A stretch of 64,000 nucleotides of DNA, from NCBI GenBank assembly GCA_035310145.1, contig DATGEL010000120.1, positions 21,479 to 85,478 of the forward strand. Reading direction: 5' to 3'. Shown here one piece after another: positions 1 through 12,106 of the stretch. This DNA comes from Dehalococcoidia bacterium (GTDB taxonomy: Bacteria; Chloroflexota; Dehalococcoidia; CAUJGQ01). Within the stretch, counting starts at the first letter, position 1, and each line of letters begins with the position of its first letter. A program made the position numbers and the translations under genes. The notes under the pieces are model-generated. The model did no database searches. It was not told where the DNA came from and saw nothing but the letters and a program-made list of their open reading frames with translations.

Positions 1-2
1 GC

Positions 3-860
3 TACCGCGTGAGCCGCGAGCCGCAGTTCCTGCACGACGAGCTCGGCAAGCGGGTCTTCGTCGAAAGCCTCGACGTGGCCGACCAGGAGGCGGTGCAAGC
101 GCTGTTCAGCCGATATCCCATCGACGGTGTGGTGCATCTCGCGGTGCCGGCGCTGCGCGGCGTCGAGGTCTCCGACGAGTTCCGCGTCAACCTGCAGGGG
201 CTGCTGAACGTGCTGGACGCGGCGCGGCGGGCGGGGGTACGCCGCGTCTCACTGGCCAGCTCAGTCGCCGTGTACGCCGGCCTGCCGTCCGGCCCGTTCT
301 CCGAGGAGGCGCCGCTGCGCCTGGAGTCCACGAATTCGACCGAGGCCTTCAAGAAGACGTTCGCGGTGCTTGGTCTGCACTACGGCACGCTGACCGGCAT
401 GGACGTCGTTGCCCTGCGCATCGCCGGCATTTATGGCCCGCTCTACCACTCGATGGCCAATCTGCCGAGCCGCCTCACGCACGCCGCCGTGCACGGCAGG
501 CAGCCGGACCTGGCCGGCGGGCGCGGCGGCGTGCCCTACGCCGAGGACGAGTTCGACGGCTGCTACGTGAAGGATTGCGCCCGCGCCATCCAGATGGTCC
601 AGCAGGCGCCCCTCCTCAATCACCGCGTCTACAACGTGGGCGCCGGCCGCGCCACGCGCAACGGCGACCTGGTAGACTCCGTGAACGCGGCGGTTCCGGG
701 CACGAACCTGGCGATTCCGGCCGGGCACGGCCCGCAGCCTCGGCCGCACGCCTATATGGAGATCGGCAGGCTGCGGGCCGACACGGGCTTTGAGTCGGCC
801 TATGACGTACACAGCGCCATCGCCGATTATGTCGAGTGGCTGCGCAACCACCCGGAATGA
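3..860 (+). CDS. NAD-dependent epimerase/dehydratase family protein (5' partial; gene begins upstream of window)
   Basis: Open frame from window edge; C-terminal region typical of SDR-type sugar epimerases (..GIYGP..YNVGAG..); high GC3 usage. Confidence 0.6.
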   Translation, partial: YRVSREPQFLHDELGKRVFVESLDVADQEAVQALFSRYPIDGVVHLAVPALRGVEVSDEFRVNLQGLLNVLDAARRAGVRRVSLASSVAVYAGLPSGPFSEEAPLRLESTNSTEAFKKTFAVLGLHYGTLTGMDVVALRIAGIYGPLYHSMANLPSRLTHAAVHGRQPDLAGGRGGVPYAEDEFDGCYVKDCARAIQMVQQAPLLNHRVYNVGAGRATRNGDLVDSVNAAVPGTNLAIPAGHGPQPRPHAYMEIGRLRADTGFESAYDVHSAIADYVEWLRNHPE

Positions 861-875
861 TGCCGGCGCCGCGGT

Positions 876-1319
<444 letters not shown>

Positions 1320-1484
1320 GACTCACCGTCCATTCCATCAGTCGAAGCCTGTATCCGCATCGTCGGGCATCGTCCCGCGGCGACTCAAGTCGTCGCCGAT
1401 GCACGACGCAGCAACTCGGCGTTCGGGGTATCCTGAGGCTAAGACCGGCAGCGTGGCAGCGCCGAGGCCGGCAGGAGGCATTGC

Positions 1485-1985
1485 ATGGCCGAAGACCTGG
1501 GCCTTGAGCCGTTCGAGTCGGACCCGCAGCTCGCCGATCTGCCGGCGGAGAAGGTCGCGAAGGCGTACGCCGGCGCAAAGCGTATGTCCGAGAAATACGT
1601 CGAGCGCGGGCCGTACGTGTTCATGCCCGATGCCGTCACCGTGGAGCTTGTGCAGCGCGGGCTGGCCAAGAACGAGCTGCTGAACGGCAAGCGTTACTGT
1701 CCATGAATGACCATTTCAGGCGATCCCGACGAGGATCGCCTGAAGATCTGTCCGTGCGACAGACACCACGAGGACATCGCCCGCGACGGGTTCTGCATCT
1801 GAATGTTCTTCGTCTCGAGCGAGTTCGCTCGAAAGTACGAAGCCGGCGAAGAGTTCGGCAGCACCCTGGACCAGGTCGTGGAGCACGGCGAGAGCCTGTT
1901 CCCGGCTGCGCATGACTCGGAGGCGCAGCGCGAGTCCAAGTCGCAGCGGGCCGAGCGCGCCCGCGGGCGCAGCAGCGACGGCTGA
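1485..1985 (+). CDS. FTR catalytic subunit-like candidate selenoprotein, read through two in-frame TGA codons (1704-1706 and 1800-1802)
   Basis: Three ORF-track pieces (1485-1706, 1707-1802, 1803-1985) share one frame. Joined translation: ..KRYCP-U-MTISGDPDEDRLKICPCDRHHEDIARDGFCI-U-MFFVS.. aligns to FtrC motifs CPC/CPC/CHC with the TGAs at the 2nd Cys of motifs 1 and 3. Strong SD AGGAGG 6 nt before ATG 1485. Hairpins start 12-13 nt after each TGA. Confidence 0.55.
1719..1740 (+). promoter_or_regulatory. candidate bacterial SECIS-like hairpin for first UGA (GGCGATCC-cgacga-GGATCGCC)
   Basis: Perfect 8-bp GC-rich stem beginning 13 nt 3' of TGA 1704-1706, inside the coding frame. Confidence 0.4.
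1815..1832 (+). promoter_or_regulatory. candidate bacterial SECIS-like hairpin for second UGA (TCGAGCG-aguu-CGCTCGA)
   Basis: 7-8 bp stem beginning 12 nt 3' of TGA 1800-1802; same spacing as the first. Confidence 0.4.
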
Positions 1986-2015
1986 GCGAGCCGGCGAATC
2001 CGTGAGGTGACGGCG

Positions 2016-2276
2016 ATGAGCATCTTCTGCCCGGTCTGCGCCTGGCGGCCGCAACCGTGGTCGCGCTGGCAGTGCCGGCCGGGCTGCCAGACGGTCTGGA
2101 ACACGTTCGACACGCACGCGCTCTGTCCGGGCTGCGGCAAGCAGTGGCGCGAGACGATGTGCTTCGCCTGTCATCAGATGTCGCCACACGACGACTGGTA
2201 TCACGAGGACGTCCTCGACGAGGCAGAGGAGATCGTGCGCATCGCCTCCGAACGCCCTGAACTCATTCCGGTGTAG
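2016..2276 (+). CDS. rubredoxin-like zinc-ribbon protein (four CxxC-type motifs)
   Basis: 86 aa; CPVC..CRPGC..CPGCG..CFAC (CPxCG is the rubredoxin knuckle); GAGG SD 8 nt before ATG; 22 nt downstream of the Sec-FTR-like gene, same strand. Confidence 0.5.
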   Translation: MSIFCPVCAWRPQPWSRWQCRPGCQTVWNTFDTHALCPGCGKQWRETMCFACHQMSPHDDWYHEDVLDEAEEIVRIASERPELIPV

Positions 2277-2320
2277 CGACACGGCGCACGCAGCCCAGCG
2301 ACGCCGAGGCAGCTCGCGGC

Positions 2321-2518
2321 ATGCAGATTGACCCGTGCCGACTGTGCGGCGAACCGGCGCTGGAACGAACCGCTGTGCGCCGCGCCAGCGTTGCCGAGAG
2401 GACGGCCGAGTTCTTGCGCGTGCCGCTCTGCGAGCCGCACCGGCAGTGGCTGCACCGCGGCGGAAAGTCGGGCCGGCTTCTCGCGGATGGCTCGATCTGG
2501 TGGTTGGCTGAGGAATGA
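2321..2518 (+). CDS. hypothetical small Cys/His protein (CxxC..CxxH)
   Basis: 65 aa ORF with ~85% GC3 consistent with coding; CRLCG..PLCEPH; no family recognised. Confidence 0.3.
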   Translation: MQIDPCRLCGEPALERTAVRRASVAERTAEFLRVPLCEPHRQWLHRGGKSGRLLADGSIWWLAEE

Positions 2519-2625
2519 GCCGGCTCTACTCTTGAATTGCGGGGGGCGTTCCGGCGCAGCGACGGCACTTCCGGGGCGCCGTTCCTCCCTTCGCCACGCC
2601 AAGAAACGGGAAGAAGGCAGACGCG

Positions 2626-5136
<2,511 letters not shown>

Positions 5137-5170
5137 CAGGGGCGTTGCCGCAAGCGGCACGGAGAGAGGC

Positions 5171-5596
5171 ATGGCCGCGATTCCCGACAGCGCCCGCGCC
5201 CTGATCGAGTCCGGGGCGCTGGGCCATCTCGTGACGTTGAACGCCGACGGCAGCCCGCAGGTCACGCTCGTCTGGGTGGGGATCGAGGGCGATGAGCTGC
5301 TGACCGGTCACCTGGGCGTCCGGCAAAAAGTCACGAACGTGCGAGGCCACGATCGCGTCGTGCTCTCGTTCGAGTCGAAGAACACGGCGCCAAACGGGCT
5401 GACCGAATACCTCGTCGTCTACGGCCGGGCGCGTGTGCAGGAAGGCGGCGCGCCGGCGCTGCTGCAGCGGCTGGCGCAGCTCTACATCGGCCCGGGCACG
5501 AAGTTCCCGCCGATGGACAACCCGCCGCCCGGCTACGTGCTGCGCATCACGCCGGAGCGCATCACCGGCAACGGGCCGTGGGCACGTCGCGGCTGA
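5171..5596 (+). CDS. PPOX-class (pyridoxamine 5'-phosphate oxidase-like) F420/FMN-binding family protein
   Basis: ~141 aa from ATG 5171 (GGAGAGAGG SD); ..LGHLVTLNADGSPQVTLVWV.. split-barrel family signature. Confidence 0.65.
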   Translation: MAAIPDSARALIESGALGHLVTLNADGSPQVTLVWVGIEGDELLTGHLGVRQKVTNVRGHDRVVLSFESKNTAPNGLTEYLVVYGRARVQEGGAPALLQRLAQLYIGPGTKFPPMDNPPPGYVLRITPERITGNGPWARRG

Positions 5597-5606
5597 ATCC
5601 AGCCAG

Positions 5607-6686
5607 CTACGGATAGAACCAGAAGGCCAGCGCCACAATCACGTAGACGGCGATCAGCTGGGCGCCCTCCAGCCAGTTCGAGCGGCCGTCGTTGGCGATG
5701 ATCGTCACGATCACCGTGCCGAGCGCCACGGTGATGATCTCCAGCGGCGTGAAGACGAGGTCGAGCGGCGCGGAGAAGAGGTAGCTGACGAAGATCAGCA
5801 GTGGCGCCACGAACAGCGCCACCTGCAGGCTGGCGCCCAGCGAGACGACCATGCTGAATTCCATGTCGTTGCGCAGAGCGAGCTGCACCGAGACCAGGCT
5901 TTCCGAGGCGTTGCCGATCAGCGGCACCAGGATCAGGCCGGCGAACGCCTCGCTGATCCCCCAGGTGTGCAGCGAAGGCTCCAGCGCGCTGACCAGCAGC
6001 TCGCTCAGCACCGTCAGCGCCGTGGCCACCACGGCCAGCACGCCGATCGAGTGCTTGATCCCCCACTCCAGCGGCTCAGCCCTGGCGCTCGTCTCACCGC
6101 CGGCCTCGGGTGTCTGAAAGAAGAAGATCAGGCTGAGAAAGTAGGTCAGCATCAGCACGATGCCGATACCGATACTGAGGTGCTCGACGGCGTGCGCGTT
6201 TTGCTCGGGCAGCGACTGCGCGAACACCGCCGGCACGATCAGGCCGATCACGGCCAGCGTCAGCATCGCCGCGTTGAGGCCGGCCACCGTCTGCGAGAAG
6301 CGTTGCACGCCGTGGCGCAGCCCGCCGCTGAGCATGCTCAGCCCCAGCACCAGCAGCAGGTTGCTGAGGATCGAGCCGGTGATCGAGGCCTTGACCAGCG
6401 TCAGCAACCCCGCGCGCAGGGCGAAGATCGTGATCACGATTTCGGCGGCGTTGCCGAAGGCGACGTTGAGCACGCCGCTGACTTTCGGCCCGGTGGCGGC
6501 GCCGAGCTGCTCCGTCGCCAGCCCGACGATCCAGGCGAGGCCGCCGATCGCTGCCGCGCAGAGCACCACGATCAGCGTCGGCGCCGCGCCCGCCGCGTCC
6601 AGCACGAGCGACAGCAGCCCCAGCGCGGCGGTGAGCGCAAAGCCCGCCGTGCGTGGCGAAAGCCGGGCGGCGGTCTCCGCTGCCAC
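5607..6686 (-). CDS. cax: Ca2+/H+ antiporter (CaCA family)
   Basis: 359 aa polytopic membrane protein with two GNAAE-type alpha repeats (GNAAEIVITIFAL.. / GNASESLVSV..). Confidence 0.8.
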   Translation of the reverse strand: MAAETAARLSPRTAGFALTAALGLLSLVLDAAGAAPTLIVVLCAAAIGGLAWIVGLATEQLGAATGPKVSGVLNVAFGNAAEIVITIFALRAGLLTLVKASITGSILSNLLLVLGLSMLSGGLRHGVQRFSQTVAGLNAAMLTLAVIGLIVPAVFAQSLPEQNAHAVEHLSIGIGIVLMLTYFLSLIFFFQTPEAGGETSARAEPLEWGIKHSIGVLAVVATALTVLSELLVSALEPSLHTWGISEAFAGLILVPLIGNASESLVSVQLALRNDMEFSMVVSLGASLQVALFVAPLLIFVSYLFSAPLDLVFTPLEIITVALGTVIVTIIANDGRSNWLEGAQLIAVYVIVALAFWFYP

Positions 6687-6689
6687 GCC

Positions 6690-8162
6690 TCAGGCGCGGT
6701 TCGCCGTACGCCACTCCTGCCAGCCCGCCAGGCGGGCGAGCGCGGCGGCGGCACGGTGCACGCTTGGATAGCTGGCCAGGCCGCGCTCCGCCAGCTTTGA
6801 CTGCATCATCAGCCGGTTGCCCATGCCGTCCACCGAGAGCGGCGTGCGCAGGGCCACCACGATCGGCTTGCCGCTGAGCGCGGCGGTGGCAGCGGCGGTC
6901 TCGACCGTGTTCATCACGAACTGTTCGGGCGTAATCGGCACGTTGCCCGGGCGGTTGGCCCAGTCGGTCTGCGTGTGCAGCAGCAGCATATCGATCTGCG
7001 GGTCGTTCGCCACGATCTCCAGCGTCCTGCCCAGCCCTTCGTTGCGCCACATCGCCATCGTGTCCACGGGGTTGCGCACGCTGGTGCCCGCGTCCGGCGT
7101 GAACTCGGCGAGCAACCGCCGCGTCTCCGCGGCCAGTGTCGGCACCTGCAGGCCGGCGCGGCTGCAGGCGTCGGCCGCGAGCACGCTGGTGCCGCCGCCG
7201 CCGCCCACGATCGCCACGCGCCGCCCCGGCAGCTCCCGTACGAAGCGGAACATCACCGTGCAGTCGACGAGCTCTTCCAGCGTCTCGACCAGCACGAAGC
7301 CGGCCTGGCGTTGGAGCGCCTGCCAGACCTGCGCCGAGCCGGCCAGGCTGCCGGTGTGCGAGCTGGTGGCGCGGCCGCCGGCGTCGGTGAGGCCGCCCTT
7401 GAGGATCGTCAGCCGTTTGCGGGTGCTCGCCTCCTGCGCCGTGCGCAGGAAGCGGCGGCCGTCGCGTACGCCTTCGATGTAGCCGGCGATCACCGAAGTC
7501 TGCGGGTCGTGAGCGAGGTAGTCGAGGAAGTCCGACTCGTTCAGGTCGGTGGCGTTGCCGAAGCTGATCACTTTGCTGAAGCGCAGCCCGCGCGGCGCGC
7601 CGTAGGTGATGATCTCGGTCGCGTTCAACCCGCTCTGCGAAAGCACGCCGATCTCGCCGGCCCCGCGCGGGAAGCCGTGTTGGAAGGTGATACCCTCTGC
7701 CGGCGCGTAAATGCCCATGCAGTTCGGCCCGATCAGGCGGATGCCGGCCGCGCGGGCGCGGCGCAGCACTTCCTCTTCGAGTTCTGCCCGCTCGGCGTCA
7801 CCCGTTTCTCGGAAGCCGGCGGTGAAGAAGTGGATCGTGCGCACGCCCTTGCGCCGCGCGTCTTCCAGCAGGTCGAGAACGGCGCGGGCCGGCACGCTGG
7901 AGATCACGTAGTCCACCGGGCCGGGAATCGCGGCGAGGTTCGGATAGGCGCGCTCGCCGTCGATCACCGTGTCCGCCGTCGCCTTCGGATTGACCGGATA
8001 GATGCCGCCGGCGAAGCCCTGCTGTTTCAGCGCCTGGATGAACATGTTGCCGCCGAAGCCGCTGCCGCTGATCGAGACCCCTGCCACGGCGATGCCGCGC
8101 GGATGGAAGATCGCCTCAAGCGGGTGGACGCCGCCGTCGTCCCCCGAACCGTGTCCCGCCAT
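6690..8162 (-). CDS. acyl-CoA synthetase (ADP-forming) alpha/CoA-binding plus ATP-grasp protein
   Basis: ~490 aa from ATG 8162 (GGAG SD); HPLEAIFHPRGIAVAGVS..GSGFGG, CoA-binding and succinyl-CoA-synthetase-like flavodoxin domains; upstream in-frame extension has low GC3 (non-coding). Confidence 0.7.
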   Translation of the reverse strand: MAGHGSGDDGGVHPLEAIFHPRGIAVAGVSISGSGFGGNMFIQALKQQGFAGGIYPVNPKATADTVIDGERAYPNLAAIPGPVDYVISSVPARAVLDLLEDARRKGVRTIHFFTAGFRETGDAERAELEEEVLRRARAAGIRLIGPNCMGIYAPAEGITFQHGFPRGAGEIGVLSQSGLNATEIITYGAPRGLRFSKVISFGNATDLNESDFLDYLAHDPQTSVIAGYIEGVRDGRRFLRTAQEASTRKRLTILKGGLTDAGGRATSSHTGSLAGSAQVWQALQRQAGFVLVETLEELVDCTVMFRFVRELPGRRVAIVGGGGGTSVLAADACSRAGLQVPTLAAETRRLLAEFTPDAGTSVRNPVDTMAMWRNEGLGRTLEIVANDPQIDMLLLHTQTDWANRPGNVPITPEQFVMNTVETAAATAALSGKPIVVALRTPLSVDGMGNRLMMQSKLAERGLASYPSVHRAAAALARLAGWQEWRTANRA

Positions 8163-8348
8163 ACTGTCTTGCTCCACGCGCCCGGCCGGCGGGCGCCGCC
8201 AACAACTGCTTGCAACTGCATTATCCCGTCCGCCGATCGCGAGAGGCAATTCAGACCGGTTTTTCATAGCTTCCCTCCTTCCCCCTATCCATTTCATGGA
8301 GAGGGGGCCAGGGGGCGAGGCCAGGCGGGATGCTACACTGGCGCCGCG

Positions 8349-8732
8349 ATGAATCAGCCGCATGGCGACCTGGCCGCGGCCATGCGCCGGGCGATCGAGC
8401 AGTTCAATGCCGGCGAGTTCTGGGAGTGCCACGAGACGCTCGAAGACTTCTGGGGCGCGGAGCAGGGACCGCTTCGCGAGTTCCTGCACGGCTTCATCCA
8501 GGTCGCGGCGGGCTTCGTGCATGTGCAGCGGCTGAACTGGCCCGGCGCCGTGCGGCTGCTGGGCGAGGGGTCGGCGAAACTGGAGCCGTTCCGGCCGGCG
8601 CGCCTCGGCCTGGACGTCGCGGCCCTGCTCGACGCCGTGGCCGATTGGCGGCGCGAGCTGGCGCGGCTCGGCCCCGCGGCGATGCGCGAGGTCTTGCGGC
8701 TGCCGTTTCCGCGAGCACAGCTTGTCGTCTGA
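8349..8732 (+). CDS. DUF309 domain protein
   Basis: 127 aa; FWECHETLEDFWG motif characteristic of DUF309. Confidence 0.6.
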   Translation: MNQPHGDLAAAMRRAIEQFNAGEFWECHETLEDFWGAEQGPLREFLHGFIQVAAGFVHVQRLNWPGAVRLLGEGSAKLEPFRPARLGLDVAALLDAVADWRRELARLGPAAMREVLRLPFPRAQLVV

Positions 8733-8790
8733 GTGCGCGGCTGCCGGCAAGCGGCCTCACCCGCCGCAACCAGGCGGAGGGAGATTGGGT

Positions 8791-9684
8791 GTGAGCGATC
8801 CGGCCTTCCGCGACGGCTTTGTGAACGTCGCCGGCGTGCGGCTGCATTACGTGGACTGGGGTGGCGATGGGCCGTCGGCGCTGCTGTTGCATCCCACCGG
8901 CTTCCACGCGCACATCTGGGAGCCGTACGTGCGCAGGCTGCGCCCGCGCTTCCACTGCTTCGGCCTCGACGCCCGCGGCCACGGCGACAGCGACAAGCCC
9001 GGCTCCTACGGCTGGCCCGACTTCCAGAACGATCTGATCGGCGTCATGCGCGCCCTGGAGCTGCGCGGCGTGCTCGCTATCGGCCATTCGGCCGGCGGCA
9101 CGATGATCGCGCTGGCCGCCGCCGAGGAGCCGGAGCTGATCGAGCGCGCGGTGCTCATCGACCCGATCCTCTTCTTCGAAGACACGCCGCAGCCCGCGCC
9201 CAGCGACAACGGCCTCAGCGTCGGCGCCCGCAAACGGCGCATGAACTGGCCGTCGCGCGCGGCGATGCTGCACAGCTACGCTTCACGCCCGCCGTTCAAC
9301 CGCTGGCAGCGTGAGTTCCTCGAGCACTATGTCAAGTTCGGCGTGCGCGACGAGCCGGACGGTTCGGTCACGCTCAAGTGCGACGGCGCGGACGAGGCCG
9401 AGATGTACCGCTGGGGTCCGCGCCGCCTGCCCGGCGAGCTGGTGCTGCCGCGGGTGAGTTGTCCCGCGCTGCTCGTCGCCGGTGCGGAGAGCGAGGCGTT
9501 TCCACGCACGAAGGTCGAGCGCGCCGCGAGCCTGCTTGCCAACGTCGATCGGCTGACCGTACCGGAGACGGGGCATTTTGCGCCCTTCGAGCAGCCCGCG
9601 ATCGTGCTGGACGCGATCGATGGCTTCATCGCCCGTACGGACCAGGCGAAGGCCGGCCGCGCCGCCCAGAGTCAGCGCAGATGA
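8791..9684 (+). CDS. alpha/beta hydrolase fold protein
   Basis: GTG start after GGAGGGA; HPTGFHAH..GHSAGG nucleophile elbow; stop overlaps dut start (ATGA). Confidence 0.7.
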   Translation: MSDPAFRDGFVNVAGVRLHYVDWGGDGPSALLLHPTGFHAHIWEPYVRRLRPRFHCFGLDARGHGDSDKPGSYGWPDFQNDLIGVMRALELRGVLAIGHSAGGTMIALAAAEEPELIERAVLIDPILFFEDTPQPAPSDNGLSVGARKRRMNWPSRAAMLHSYASRPPFNRWQREFLEHYVKFGVRDEPDGSVTLKCDGADEAEMYRWGPRRLPGELVLPRVSCPALLVAGAESEAFPRTKVERAASLLANVDRLTVPETGHFAPFEQPAIVLDAIDGFIARTDQAKAGRAAQSQRR

Positions 9685-10124
9685 GCGAGCAGATTGCCAT
9701 CCGCTTCGTTTGCCTGAGGGACGGGGCACGGGCGCCGCAGCGCGCGACCGCGGGCGCCACGGGCTATGACGTGTACGCCTGTCTGCCAGGTGGCGGCTTC
9801 ATCGATGTGGGCGGGGATCCGGTGCGTGTACCGACGGGCATCGCACTCGAGGCGCCGCTCGGTTGGGACGTGCAGTGCCGGCCACGCTCCGGTCTCTCGG
9901 CGCAGGGTGTGCTTGCCGTGCTCGGCACCGGCGACCCAGATTACCGCGGCGAGATCTTCGTGACGATGTATACCGTTGGCCGGCGGCCGCCGCACCGCGT
10001 GCAGCATGACGACCGCATCGCGCAGCTCGTGGTCGCTCGTGTCGCTGAGGTCGAATGGCAGCAGGTCGCCCAGCTCTCCGCGACGGAGCGTGGCGCCGGC
10101 GGTTATGGCTCGACCGGGCGCTGA
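9681..10124 (+). CDS. dut: dUTP diphosphatase
   Basis: 147 aa; GYDVYA..RSGL..GTGDPDYRGEI motifs. Confidence 0.85.
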   Translation: MSEQIAIRFVCLRDGARAPQRATAGATGYDVYACLPGGGFIDVGGDPVRVPTGIALEAPLGWDVQCRPRSGLSAQGVLAVLGTGDPDYRGEIFVTMYTVGRRPPHRVQHDDRIAQLVVARVAEVEWQQVAQLSATERGAGGYGSTGR

Positions 10125-10315
10125 CCTCTGGCGACGGCTTCGAGCCGCTCGCCCTGCGAGGTGCTTCGTGCCCGGCCACATCGGCATGCCGCCGCTTCTG
10201 GACATCGCGCCGCACGATGGTAATATGCCAGCCAGAGCGCGCCCGGTCGAATCAACTTCGGACCTGGAGTCCGCGGTGCGCCGACGGCAACCACGAGGGC
10301 GAGGGAGGCGTGGCG

Positions 10316-12055
10316 ATGGCAAGTGGCGAACTGCTTGGCGTTCTGCGGCGGCGGGCAAGCCGGCGGGCGGCGATGCGCGGAGCGGCGCTGAGCAGCGCGG
10401 GGCTCGCCTTTGCAATCGCCTGCGGCAGCTCCAACAACAACAAGAAGGCCGCAACCACGGCCACGAGCGCCGCGCCCGCACCTTCGGGTGGCACCCCCGC
10501 GCCAGGCGGCGGCAGCGCCGCGGCCTCGCCCGCCGCAGGCTCCTTCAAGCCGGCCCCGGGCGGCAAGCAGGGCGGCGAGTACCGCACCGGCTTCACCGGA
10601 CCGTGGGCCGGAGTGGACCCGCACAACTCCGTGTACGGCGGCTCCGGCCTGGTGCCGATCATCTACAACTACCTGGTGCGCACCTCCACGATTGCGCCCG
10701 ACATCGGCATCCTGCCGGAGCTGGCGACCGCCTGGGAATCGGCGCCGGATAATCTCTCGGTCACGTTCAAGCTGCGCCCGAACGCGATGATCGCGGAGAA
10801 CAAACAGAACGTGCCCGTGCGGCCGATGGACGCGGAAGACGCCAAGGCCTCGTTTGAGCGCGTGGCCGACCCGAAGGCCGCCTCGAACGGCTATTCGTGG
10901 ATTCACGACTGGGTCGATCACTTCGAAGCGGTCGACAAGACCACCTTCAAGGTGGTCACCAAGGCGCCGTACGCCTGGGTGCTGAACAACGTGGGCAACA
11001 ACCTCTATTCCGCCGTGGTGCCGAAGGAGTGGTTGCTCAGCCCTGACCTGAAGAAAACCGCGGTCGGCAGCGGGCCGTTCATGCTCCAGAGTTTGGAAGA
11101 GGGCGGCAAGGCGATCGTCGTCCGCAACCACACCTACTGGGAGCCGGGCCTGCCGTTGCTGAACCAGATCACCGGCAACTCCTTCGCCGATCAGGCGACC
11201 TACCGTACGGCGTTCACGTCCAAGCAGATCGACGTCTACGGCGCTACCGACGTGGAAGAAGCGAAGGCGATCGCCGGCAGCCTCAAAGGCAGCCAGCGCT
11301 ACGAGGATCCGGGTTTCGGCTTCAACTCGTTCTGGATGAACGTCACGCAAAAGCCGTGGGACGACCCGCGCATCCGCAAGGCGGTGCGCCGCGCGATCAA
11401 CCCGGACGAATACATCCAGTTGATCGCCAAGGGCCTCGGCAAGCAGATCGGGCCGCTCAGCTATGCGATGAAAGGCTACACGCTGCCGGACGACGAGCTG
11501 AAGAAGCTGATGCCCTTCAGCATCCAGGACGCCAAGCAGATCCTGCAGGCCGCGGGGCAGCCGAACCTGACCTTCAAGTTCCAGCACCCGACCAGCAGCA
11601 ACGTGGCCGACTACGTGAACATCTTCGTGCGCCAGCTCGCCGCAGCGGGCATCACCGCGCAGCCGGAACCGCAGGACGCCGGCACCTGGGTCGCCGGCTA
11701 TTTCACCAACAAGCTCAGCGCCAGCCTCTCGCTCAACCAGGAGTACGCCAATCCGGACTTCGCCCTGCACTGGTTCACCACCGGCGGCATCACCGGCAAC
11801 AGCCACTACGACACCGGCTTCTCCGACCCCGAAGTCGATGCGGCCGTGAAGAAGGCGGCGGGCACGATCGACGAAACCGCGCGCAAGGCCGCGTACCAGG
11901 ATGCACAGCGGCTGATCATCTCCAAAGACCCGCCGTTCTGGAACTTCTACGGCAGCTACGTCAACATCGTCGTCGGCGGCAACGTGGTGAACTATCCGCA
12001 CGGCATCGGATCGCTCGGCTACTACTACACCAAGAACATCTCGCTGGCGAGCTAG
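10316..12055 (+). CDS. ABC transporter substrate-binding lipoprotein, family 5 (peptide/nickel type)
   Basis: GAGGGAGG SD; N-terminal R-rich signal with lipobox (FAIAC); DppA/OppA-like body. Confidence 0.8.
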   Translation: MASGELLGVLRRRASRRAAMRGAALSSAGLAFAIACGSSNNNKKAATTATSAAPAPSGGTPAPGGGSAAASPAAGSFKPAPGGKQGGEYRTGFTGPWAGVDPHNSVYGGSGLVPIIYNYLVRTSTIAPDIGILPELATAWESAPDNLSVTFKLRPNAMIAENKQNVPVRPMDAEDAKASFERVADPKAASNGYSWIHDWVDHFEAVDKTTFKVVTKAPYAWVLNNVGNNLYSAVVPKEWLLSPDLKKTAVGSGPFMLQSLEEGGKAIVVRNHTYWEPGLPLLNQITGNSFADQATYRTAFTSKQIDVYGATDVEEAKAIAGSLKGSQRYEDPGFGFNSFWMNVTQKPWDDPRIRKAVRRAINPDEYIQLIAKGLGKQIGPLSYAMKGYTLPDDELKKLMPFSIQDAKQILQAAGQPNLTFKFQHPTSSNVADYVNIFVRQLAAAGITAQPEPQDAGTWVAGYFTNKLSASLSLNQEYANPDFALHWFTTGGITGNSHYDTGFSDPEVDAAVKKAAGTIDETARKAAYQDAQRLIISKDPPFWNFYGSYVNIVVGGNVVNYPHGIGSLGYYYTKNISLAS

Positions 12056-12106
12056 CCTGCTGGCCGGACAGCGGATCTCCGGCCGTCCCAACGAGGGTTG
12101 AGGGGC

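Noticed and set aside
5433-6800. 455-aa plus ORF and other long ORFs overlapping cax, ctaA/ctaB, the MFS gene, trpB/trpF and the GlcD/GlcF genes (e.g. 10103-12373, 19663-20709, 42218-44380, 56302-57921)
   Set aside because: All are antisense to genes with clear family signatures and show R/A/G/P-dominated low-complexity translations.
8163-8750. Long 5' extension of the acyl-CoA synthetase ORF (to 8750)
   Set aside because: Overlaps the divergent DUF309 gene and promoter; low GC3; the canonical CoA-binding N-terminus begins right after Met 8162.
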